From the NCBI GenBank assembly GCA_040437565.1, contig JBDOQK010000061.1:1-64000 (forward strand): a stretch of 64,000 bases of DNA, written 5' to 3'. The first letter of the stretch is position 1; every line of letters starts with the position of its first letter. Under the pieces are notes generated by a model that was not told the DNA's origin, did no database searches, and saw only the letters and a program-made list of their open reading frames with translations. The translations under genes and the position numbers were made by a program. This document shows positions 26,860-37,212 of this stretch, one piece after another. This DNA is from Albugo candida (Eukaryota).

Positions 26860-28400
26860 ATGTCAGCTGGCGATATATATACATCTAAAGCCACGCCTGA
26901 GTAATTGCTGGACACAATTTGCCGTCACATCCTATTGGGCGCCTATCCTGGACTCTAATACGCCTGTAATGTCCATGATTGATCAGACGCAAGAAACCTA
27001 TTACTGACAAGCTCGAAGAAAGTCGCTCTGTCTTCGAACAAATACCAGTGAGATTGTCTAGCACCCCTATTTTTTAGCATCAGCTTACCGCGCAGCAGTC
27101 GAGTAATTTGCAACGCAAAGTCAAACTGCACGAGGGGTATTATCCACGTAGCGAGCACTATGCTCNNNNNNNNNNNNNNNNNNNNNNNNNNNNNNNNNNN
27201 NNNNNNNNNNNNNNNNNNNNNNNNNNNNNNNNNNNNNNNNNNNNNNNNNNNNNNNNNNNNNNNNNCGGTCAAGTTTTTGGCATTGAATGTCTACATGAAG
27301 AAATAGGAATAGTTGAGTAATGTCAGCTGGCAATGCATATAGATCTAAAGCCACGCCTGAGTAATTGCCGGACACAATTTGCCGTCACATCCTATTGGGC
27401 GCCTATCCTGGACGCTAATACGCCTGTAATGTCCATGATTGATCAGACGCAAGAAACATATTACTGACAGGCTCGAAGAAAGTCGCTCTGTCTTCGAACA
27501 AATACCAGTGAGATTGTCTAGCACCCCTATTTTTTTTAGCATCAGCTTACCGCGCAGCAGTCGAGTAATTTGCAACGCAAAGTCAAACTGCACGAGGGGT
27601 ATTATCCACGTAGCGAGCACTATGCTCGTTGATATTGAGGCGATGACCTTCGAGATGATAAATTTGCGAGCTTGGTCAATTTTATTGCTACAGGTCGCAC
27701 CAATATATTGGGTGCTGTAAAATTTGACGATACAACCTTTTCCCATACTGCCACTGGTGTCGTAATGTTTGCGTCCTGGACTGCATGATTTTGCAATTAA
27801 GATTAATGATCCCATCAAAATTTTTTTTGCTGAAAGNNNNNNNNNNNNNNNNNNNNNNNNNNNNNNNNNNNNNNNNNNNNNNNNNNNNNNNNNNNNNNNN
27901 NNNNNNNNNNNNNNNNNNNNNNNNNNNNNNNNNNNNACTGCATGATTTTGCAATTAAGATTAATGATCCCATCAAAATTTTTTTTGCTGAAAGATATATT
28001 CCTATAATCCCACGTTGCTTTATGCTTGCAAGCAATATCTCAGGTGAGATAGAAAAAATCCTGCACTTTTTGGCTTCCAAAAAGCTTGTGAAGTATGCGA
28101 AGCCTTGCGTGAGCTCACTCCATTTAAGCACCCGCGACTGCAATTTGTACAGCTTTCTTGCATCCTGTATCAGATGACGTAAATATTCTAATTAATCGCT
28201 GGATACTCGTGTAGCAAAGGATGCGAGTCTCGAGCCAGAAAGAGCGCAATAAACACGGAAGCGCTCAACTACAAATAAAAATGTCGCGGAACTTTTCTCA
28301 GCATCGGGCTCCGACGAGATAAAAACAACAGCTATCGTCTATGGCCGGATTGATGCTCAACCGTTGTTTGTTGGAACAGTCTCGACATGAAGCTTATTTT
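26860..28400 (-). pseudogene. Pseudogene paralog of the DIX-like/ELMO gene at 61757-62953 (3' part assembled twice)
   Basis: Broken-frame matches: FQQTTVEHQS~FQQTLVEDKS; IRIFTSSDT~IRSFTSSDT; FDGIINLNCKIMQS~FDGVKNFTNKVMQS; NINEHSARY~IINEQSARY; WYLFEDRATFFELVSNRFLASDQSW~WCLFEDKVAFFELASIMFLAFDQSW; IGAQ*DVTANCVQQLLRRG~IGAHLDGTANCALELLRRG. Confidence 0.9.
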
Positions 28401-28444
28401 AACGAGACAGGCTTTACCGCCTGTACGATTTAAATTTGTCCGCC

Positions 28445-28478
28445 GTGGCTATACTGTAGCTGTGGCTATACTGTAGCT
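28445..28478. repeat. 17-bp tandem duplication (GTGGCTATACTGTAGCT x2)
   Basis: Read directly from the sequence. Confidence 0.9.
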
Positions 28479-29009
28479 GCTCGTAATTATTATTACAAAG
28501 AGCACTTGCGCAGCGGATCGAGTCCATATAACTGTAATTTAGCTTTCGTATGCGCATGAAGCTGTTGATTGTACCGATATAAGCAATCATGCATTACTTC
28601 AATGTGGAAGAACTCGACATTAGATCTGGCGAGATTGGGCAAAAGGCACCTTCAACTTGGACAGAAGTAAGCTTCGAGAAAGATGAATTAAAAGGCGAGG
28701 CCGAGTATCAGCGTCTAGGTACGTAATGATTTCTGTGCGCCATTATATAAAGCTCTTAGCGATCAAATATACGGTAGAAGAACCTCTTTGGGTCAAGTGG
28801 ACCATCACCGCAACTCCGCGTACTGCGTTTTCTGTAACAGTATGAAACACGCGATGTGACAGAAATCCACAGAAAGCACCAGACGAGCACTTGGTGCTGA
28901 CAAAGTAAGGGATTCTCCATGCTTGCAGTACGCTCGATCTCGTTGATTCCGAGTAGTTAAACTTGATATGTCCCAATAGAGGATATGACAGTCACCAAAT
29001 CCCACGGCC

Positions 29010-29150
29010 ACTTTTGTTTTGGAATACCAAGATGCTTGGCCTGATGAGCTGCCGAAAACGAGACCATATACTCAACACGTGACGATCTCATCTGCACTTT
29101 GAAATAGAGTTAATCCAGTATAAAATCAAGGATTGGTCCCAATCGTAACT
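29010..29150 (+). mobile_element. Possible short Ty3/Gypsy pol remnant
   Basis: VLEYQDAWPDELPKTRP resembles the Gypsy pre-RT linker L.EY.DVFP.ELP. Confidence 0.35.
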
Positions 29151-29454
29151 TTTGATCGCAAAAAGTGAATTATACACCACCGACTTCTAGCGTACATCCT
29201 TCTTTATACCTTTCTAAAATTCTTCTTCATAACCTGCTTGAGTAATGTCGATCATCGTTGACGCCATTCGACAGCCGTATCGCATGATTCTACCCTATAT
29301 AAAGCTTGCACACAGCGTGCTGGTACGACAAAACGTGGAGGCGGAACGATGCCGGTGGTAGTGCTGACGCTCACGTTGTGCCTTCCAGTTTCCATCCCCG
29401 GGTATGAGCTGACAATTCACGTTGAGGGCTCCTTCCGTACGGTGCGGTGGAAGA

Positions 29455-30838
29455 ATGCGATGCCTTCGCCGAATTATCATCTCATCAGCGCTAGTAATGA
29501 GCGTGGTCGACTCGAGCACAGGTGCTCCTCGCACTGTGCGTGAGCTAATACGATCGCTTCCCTCCATTTAGGTTCCATCGTACGATTACGGCCATCTGAC
29601 GGACGAGAGAACGCCCCAAGATATGCTGTTGCGCGCTTGAGCGAGACGATATACATGCACTGCAGCTCAGAAGCCCGGCTGAATCTGAATGCTGGGTGCC
29701 CTGGTTATTGTGATCGGTACTTTCACTTTAGCCGTGCCTTGAAGATTGCAATTAATACGTTCGCACAAGCATAGGAGAAGAGCTCTTTCAAAATTCATGA
29801 TGAAGATCAATTGGTATCAACCCGGGAAATGATCAATGAGACAACCCGTATGGATCATTTTCATCTTTACGAAGGAATAAAAAATGAGGCTGTAGCGAAT
29901 CCGACATCCAATCACGCTCACGGATTGCCCCGCGAGATGTTGTCAGTTTAACTACATGAAGATCGTGGATATTAATTCTGGTGGCTTCTCCACCATTTAG
30001 TCGTGCGAGCAACCAAGGCCAGATGAATTCTATGCAAGCTGAGCGAGATGATAGGGGTCTAATCATCCAGCGAGGGGATGGCCAGCCTTGAACAATGTGG
30101 AGACAGTGACATGGTGGGTACAGGAGCAATTGGATGGCTTCGAAATAGCCTTATTCTACCACCGTGACTGTGCATCAAATCGCTAGTTTATGGAATCAGC
30201 TAAACGTTTTTCTGTCGGACAAGCTGCATAACGAAAGCAGGTATTCCCGGGACGGACTATTCTATTATATGCAATGGAAATCATAGAGGTAATTTAGCAA
30301 GCTGCAAACCTTGGGATTGATGTGTCGAAGCAAGAAGCGGGAATATGGTCTAGATACAGTGTATTCCGCATTACGCGAATCCGGCAGCACCAATTGTTTC
30401 TCGAAGTCAGCCAGCACCTGATGCATCTTCACCAACAAGTATTCCACCTCCGCCAGTCATAAACCCAGTTCTAAATCATCCAATTCCCACCACAAAGCCC
30501 TTTTTAGAGCTCCAGTTCCAGCTTCGGCTGCTCCTTTACCACCTCCTCCTTCAACTCCAACAGGACCAAGTACCGCTGCCAACCAATTTCCCTCCCTCTG
30601 ATTTCTTCTCCTTCCCCGCTCCCACTCATATTCTTCCTTACCCTCCAACAAGACCAAGAATTTTCCCTCGAGTACTCCTTCGAGTTCAACAAGGCCAAGT
30701 TCTCCTTCCACAAGTCAGCCAACACCACCCAACAAGCATGAGACAAAGTCTACAGTACCAGCTTGTAGCTCCAACGCCGTCATATCCACCCAGAAGTTGA
30801 GGCAAAGGTTACACCAACTCCGAGTCGTTTTAACTTGA
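29455..30838 (+). pseudogene. Pseudogene paralog of the secreted Cys-rich/Pro-rich gene starting at 60822
   Basis: MRCLRRIIISSALVMSVVDSSTGAPRTVRELIRSLPSI*VPSYDYGHLTDERTPQDMLL/ALERD vs MRSLHQILISTSVVINVVHSSMGVPRTDHELIRSLPFIQVPSYDYGHLMDDETPQNMLLALERD; CASNR*FMESAK..KAGIPGTDYSIICNGNH..MV*IQCIP vs CASSRQLVEAAK..KADVPKTDCSTICNRNH..IVWMQCIP; Pro/Ser/Thr-rich tail. Confidence 0.92.
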
Positions 30839-31679
30839 AGTCACAAATTGAAATAAATGCTTGTATTCGGGAATATAAATCTACGGATAAGGAAGCTCAC
30901 TTGATCAAACAAAGTATCAGGTTCATATGACCAACTAGTTTTTGTAGATACTCTCGTAGTATAAAACTGATGGACATGTAATGGACCGCAGATGATATGG
31001 GCATGACTATTAAGCCAAAACATACGCATGCAGAACAACTTGTATTGCGGTTGTTCACAAATGTTCAGTATCTCGAAGACCTGCGCACTTTCATCCTTGC
31101 ATTACGACATGAAAGTCTCAATTTGCCCAGTGATTCGTCTTGAGGGATTGTTCGATTGTGTGGCGAAGAGGAACCATTGGACACCTATGAATTGTGGCGG
31201 TAAAATCTTCGAAAGATCGCATGAAAATACAGCTCGGAATCATGACAAATACCAGTCGCTCACCCTACTTGCGTGCTAGGATATAACGCTAATCAGTGCA
31301 CGTTTTGGCACCCATACTGCAATCTAATCGCGTCTCATATGTTATTTTTGATATCCCGGCTTTTTTGTTTTGATACAAAGTGAGTACAAGAATATACGAC
31401 CTGGGCAAATGGATAGAGAGGACTGAGAGTCAAATTGGGGGCCGTAGCGCGGATTGAATCTGTGACTTTGGAATTACAGTATATTATGATCATTGTACTC
31501 ATAGTTCTACCCACTTGGGTTCAGCTCTCAACGATCTTGCTGAGCTCGAATCATCTCTGAACAGCCTGCATTGTATCTCTTACGAAACGTTTCTACCACC
31601 ATATTGTGGCTCTCGTGGAACATAGTGGGCGTAAAATTCCAATTACTCGGGTATTATGTATATAATCTCTCATGCGCAG

Positions 31680-32570
31680 AGGTATATACGCCTGCAATCA
31701 CTTATCAATATGCGTATATCCAAGTGCAGGTTGCTGTATTTTCTAAGTAACAAATAAAGCCACTTATATTCTCAATCTGTCATCTGTATACTTGGAGCTC
31801 CACAAGTATTGTATTTGTAAACCCACCTCTTGTTAGCATTACTATATCAAAGAGCAGCTAAGTCACCTTGCACCCACACTTTGCTCACTGATAACGGTGA
31901 GTTCACTTGAAAGCATTGTACATGTAACAAGCCTTTTGACAAAGAAAACGGATAATCGATCTGGAAGTCGAGTCTACCAATCGTAGTCCCAGCCTGTAAT
32001 ATATAATCGCTTCGAGAAACTAATCTGCTCCGTATTATCAGGTCAAGTTGTTGTTGAAGGTTTAATTATGTAGTCTACAAGCTGGGTCGATTCCTCAGCT
32101 ATAGCCACTCCGACACGTCGTGCGTGTGACGAAAGACTTCATGATTTTGCATGTAGGATGCTTTACCCCCATCGAAAGCGTTTATTCCGGAAATATGATC
32201 GCTGTGAAATTTCGCAACACTTAATACCTTACACGCAACTTGTCTGGCGACATGAATCATAACCATTCAATTCTCTCTGTTAGAGTAGCTTCTTGCCAAG
32301 GATACAAAGTCGTGTGCGGGTTCATCGCGTTTGGAATCGACCAGATCGNNNNNNNNNNNNNNNNNNNNNNNNNNNNNNNNNNNNNNNNNNNNNNNNNNNN
32401 NNNNNNNNNNNNNNNNNNNNNNNNNNNNNNNNNNNNNNNNNNNNNNNNTTCCCCGGATTAACCGTAAAATCGGGTTGGAGGAAAAGGATGAGCAGCTATG
32501 TTTCCATGATTCGGATAGATCCCTTACCAATGCTTCATATGATAATATCGACAAAAACTTGTTTTCTACT
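31680..32570 (-). pseudogene. Second decayed DIX-like/ELMO paralog
   Basis: VFCRY..ALVRDLSESWKHSCSSF~VLCRY..TLVEDKSDSWKHNCSSF; EPAHD~DPAHD; TQLVDYIIKPSTTT*PDNTEQ~TQLVDLSIAASTSTHPNNMEH; RLDFQIDYPF~RLGFQTDDPF; LLFDIVML~LLCDILML. Confidence 0.85.
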
Positions 32571-34726
32571 TCTACGTAAACTTATTTGGCATCTGATGTG
32601 TCGATATTGAACAAATGTCGCCTAGAATTTGTTTCTCAAAAAAAATGTTGGAAAATAAACTTCATGATGGGGAAGCGAGATCCCATACCTCATCTATATT
32701 TTAAGGCGGGATTTGTTGGTGTAGATGAGAAGGAGTTAAAAGGAAGTAGGATGGAACCAAAATAAAGAGTCGAATGTGATATAGGGAGCGATAGCGTGTT
32801 CATCTACTTGTTGGGAAATATAAAAACTTGGCAGCCAAAGTCAAGTGAAGAGAGATTACCAAGCAACTACCAGAAAACCGCAATTTTTTGGGTTGTACTG
32901 AAATTGTTGTCCTGAAAAGATGACGAAAGCAAAAGGACCTCGCATGAAATCAAAACAATATCACGTTAGAGCATACTACCGAGGCGATCAAAGCTGATAC
33001 TAATGCCATGGTAGTAAACAGTAGGATGACTAAGCCAATGTATTTAAAAAAGTTGAAAGAGCGCATTTACATACTTGATAACTTGTTGCGGACAAGTGAG
33101 AGAGGTATGAAATTGAAGGGGATCCCGAGAAGATGATACACAATTTGAAGTTTACAGCCGGATGGGGAAGAATCGTAGGGGTGACAGGATAATAGGATTG
33201 TCCGTCGCAGCGGAGGATGCACGCCAAACGCTCTTAAGAGCTAGTTCAGAGGGGCATGGCGTGGACGAAAAGTCGATCAATTGCGATAACCGAAGCAACG
33301 TACGAGTCCGCGTCATCGGCTTACATGTGAATGTCGTGATAGTACACGAAAAGGAGGTGAGGAAGGTTTTATAGCCAGGCCGAATTCTATACATACTGTA
33401 GGACGCGATAGGTGATTTGGAATGAAGATCATATTGCAGCGGCTAGGTTGGAGTTCTCCGCACCAGTGTTCCGTATGCTCTAAGGCGAGTTTCAAATAGT
33501 GTCAGACGAAACAGACTTAACGAAAGAATTAGGAGCTTTAGATAAAGTGAGAGGTGATGACTAGAACGTAAGCTGTCTGCATCGATGGTGGGGTCAACTG
33601 GGGCTCGAAAACAGTCCTCGCTACGCAAAAACCGCTGAGAAACCGAAAATATCATGATCGGTAATACCCGTGTTATGGTCGTAGTAGACTCAAATCAGGA
33701 AAGACGCGAAGGAAAGGAATTGTGCAGAGTGCTGAAGGAGCTTTCTGGTAGATGAAGGAAAGACAATGCCCGAACCTAAGCGTCGCCTTACTGTGCTCAT
33801 GAGGCACTTCGAAAGCCACTCATAACGGACAATGATTCGGTGTGGTACTCGTCAGTTGTAAGGAATATCTGTGAACTGATTTATGAATGTCTAGCAACGC
33901 GCTTGTATACTTTGATGCTACTGAGAACGAGGCTAATTGTTAATGACTTCTCAATTCGTTCAAGACACAGAGGCATGGTAAGGGATCTTCAGGGGTTGAT
34001 GAAGAAATGACTATTGGCGAAGGTCGTGGCACTCCTTGTGCGTAATCTGCTCATTGCTCATGGGGCTCGTGATTCTGACAACGCGAAACGAGAGCGAGTC
34101 ACAAAAAGTCCACATATTCGAGACCAGAGAAGGACCATTGAGCATTAGGACGAGGTTAGTTGGGTGAAAAAAGCCATGCCAGGAAAGATGAATGTGTACG
34201 GAAGGCTGCAAAAACATGACACTGAGAGCATTCAGCTAAAATCGAATCCATACTCTATCAAGCTTCTACGAGTCACTCCGACACCGCTTTAACCGGCGGA
34301 CAGCCGAATCCTTAGAACATTCAACTTTTAAAAAGCACTGCTTTTTCGCCTTCAGGTGAGGGCCTGTAGAAGACGAAGAACGGAAAAATGTTTCGAGAAT
34401 GATCTAGACTTGTTGTTACTTTATGTATAGCATGTAGTTGATCGTGGGGAATATTATGCATTCCACGACAGTTCAAGTCTACTGTCAAGTATAGAATATG
34501 GATAGGATGATTTAACAAAATGAAATCGATCGTAAATCAATACGGAACTGCCAATACTACAAAGAAGACAGTTTCATGGATTAAAAAATAAGTCAGCACG
34601 ATCGGTAAAGGGGGATAAAAAAGCTTTTATTTAAAGGTATCTCTTCATTGAATGTGGGATCGTTCTCCTCGATGAAGCATCAGTATGCGCATACGCGATT
34701 CAAGTGCGTTGATCATGTAAGTCGAT

Positions 34727-35240
34727 TTAACAAAAGTATTAACTCTGCCATGCAAAACCAAGACCACCCCCACCCCCATACAAGCCTGCACCGAACGCAT
34801 TCCAGTATCCCAATGGGTAGGCCCAGCCTCCAAGTCCACCACATGAGAAGCCAAACCTCCATGGCCCGAATCCACCAAATCCACCGAAACCACCCCAGCC
34901 ACCCCAGTCACCCGCTAGATCACCGTAAAATTGCTCGTCATTACTATTGGTGCCGTTTGGTTCCTGATGAATTGAAGTGGCTGTTTTCTTGACCGGCTCC
35001 ATGTTACCCGTTAGGGAGATTCCGGACGGCATTTATACATTTTGAATCGCTTCCAAGGTACATCAAAGATGATGGCTGACTTGCAGATGAAGGCGTTTCC
35101 GACACCAAGATTTTTTTAGCTGTGAGTTGTGGCGTTATGGCAGTCACGGGATCGAACAATTCAAGTTGAAGATGACACAAGTTCAAGTGCAAGAAAAAAA
35201 AGAGTGTTGGAAGCACTTTACAATGTGCGCTCGGTTTCAC
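34727..35240 (-). pseudogene. Glycine/aromatic-rich secreted-type protein, apparently frameshifted with a premature stop
   Basis: EQFYG..WGGWGGFGGFGGFGPWRFGFSCGGLGGWAYPLGYWNAFGAGLYGGGGGLG; the hydrophobic leader is in another frame; ends AWQS*YFC*. Confidence 0.6.
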
Positions 35241-35364
35241 GTCGCAGTTGGACTTAGTCTAAACAGTTTGTTCGATTCTAATTTTCTAATGACAAAAAGT
35301 CAGTATTGCAATTTTCTCAGACATACCTATCCTCATCAAATTTACCGGCTACTACCTAACCCGC

Positions 35365-37212
35365 CAATTTAGTACGAAACAACTCGAAAAACCAGTTTTT
35401 TTACCTCTTTCCTCTCGAAAACAATGGTTCAAGTTGACATATCGACGCAACCCAGGGTGGTAGCGTCCACTTGTAGTGACGTGGCAACCCTCATGAGTCA
35501 CCCTTTTTTGGGTGATTTCATGATGGTTGATGAGTCACCACCCCTGTGTGATGAGGTAGAAAGTACCCCCACCCCCAGTGTGACGGTACAGTCTAATACC
35601 GGCACTACTGCTGTAGGATGTGGTACCGGTGGTACATACGGTACTGTAGTTGACTCATCACAGGGTGACCCAAAGGTAACTGCAACTGCAACTGTGGACA
35701 ACACTAAAAGTCCCACTCTTGCAGACATCATCAAGCCAAAGGAGTCCTTGAACAAGGACCAGGCTAGAGCTCCACGCGAAATTTCGCGTGGAGCTCCCAA
35801 AGCCGAAAGCCTCGGANNNNNNNNNNNNNNNNNNNNNNNNNNNNNNNNNNNNNNNNNNNNNNNNNNNNNNNNNNNNNNNNNNNNNNNNNNNNNNNNNNNN
35901 NNNNNNNNNNNNNNNNCAGACTCACGACACACGTGGCAAACCTGTTCAATGAGATCACAAAGTGTGGCAAAAGATTGGTTGCGATTGATGAAATAGGACG
36001 TTGATAAAGGTGGGTGGAAATAACGCCTTAATCTGATTGGTCAGAAAATCACATTGGTGTGGTAACAACGTCATAATCTGATTGGTCAGAAAGTCACATT
36101 GGTGTGGTAACAACGTCATAATCTGATTGGTCCATTGATGCTACATTGGTGGGTGGAAATAGCAAAAAGCTGGGTGGAAATAGCAATTCCTTTGATTTAA
36201 TATTATTCTTCAGCTAAATACGAAACGCCTCGCTACAATACATATGTAGTTCACGTATCTCCATATGGCTTCGTCATCATTTCTTCAACATGTTCTACTT
36301 TCAACAGATTCGACATTGCTTTCAGAGAAACCAAATGGTGTTTTGACGCAACTCGAACTCAACCAAGTCTATTGCGATGGATCGGGTGGGAAACTCAACT
36401 TGAGTAATCATCTTTGCTCTCTTTAAATCGGACCATGCCGTGTCCACGAATTCCCAATTTGACCATAATGGGTCCGGAGGATTCGGTCAAGTATTTGAGT
36501 ATTCCATTCGGCCAGACACCGATTCATTCGATGGTTATTTCAACTCTCGGCAAGCGCTTTTACGATGGGTTTGGTGTATGGTTTCGACGAGCAAGAACTA
36601 TTTGTGGTCGACTACTGGTTGCGCAAACGATGATTTTATCACGTCTGTGGCATTACACGATACCCGTTGATATACCAGCAGTGACTAGTCGACAGTGGCA
36701 ATCGATTTTAAATCGATTTATGCTTGGTCGGAAACACAAAAAAGATTCAAAACATGTTCACCTGATCAGCAAAAAATTCTTATATCTTCGCCGACAGGAT
36801 GGTGGACTGCAAGTTCCTTATTTGGTGGGACGACTAAAGCTACAACGTATTCAATTCCTTCAGCAGTTTGCCTCCGATGCGTCGACAATTATTCCTGCGA
36901 ATTGGACAACTGCTTCGACGGAATTAATAGAACTTATCCAACCTCCTTTTGGACCATACAAGCCGATGGATACATTCACCATCGCACCAAATCGACATGG
37001 GAAAATGCTTCAATGGATATCACATCGTCATTGTGTAAACACGCATTAAAATTGTGGCATCAGATGGATTGGAGCATTTCAATATCAGATTTAAATGTTT
37101 TACACCGCCGTCAGTACTACATGGAACAACCGATGTGGGTCCACTACGACCAAGCATTACATTATGAAGCTGCTACTCGCCATCCGAGTACGCAGAACGT
37201 TTGGTACAATCT
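35365..37212 (+). mobile_element. Non-LTR (L1/Tx1-like) retrotransposon fragments: 5' end/ORF1 start and RT C-terminal part, split by a gap and an unrelated repeat
   Basis: EDSVKYLSIPFG, GRLLVAQTMILSRLWHY, R.DGGL.VP are post-RT LINE motifs; 5' leader and ORF1 are homologous to 42001-42400. Confidence 0.85.
36029..36133. repeat. 45-bp tandem repeat (~2.3 units) flanked by GGGTGGAAATA repeats
   Basis: TAATCTGATTGGTCAGAAA(A/G)TCACATTGGTGTGGTAACAACGTCA x2 plus a partial unit. Confidence 0.9.

Noticed and set aside
227-27993. Direct repeats flanking N gaps (about 227/523, 4105/4654, 14138/14589, 15149/15310, 21948/22238, 27780/27937)
   Set aside because: Each pair abuts a 100-N gap and is near-identical: unmerged contig overlaps or haplotigs, not LTRs or true tandem duplications.
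34236-34310. tRNA-Ser/Leu-like sequence on the minus strand
   Set aside because: Only loose D- and T-loop resemblance; I could not pair the stems.
36029-36133. CRISPR-like array
   Set aside because: Head-to-tail units without unique spacers, no cas genes, eukaryotic context.
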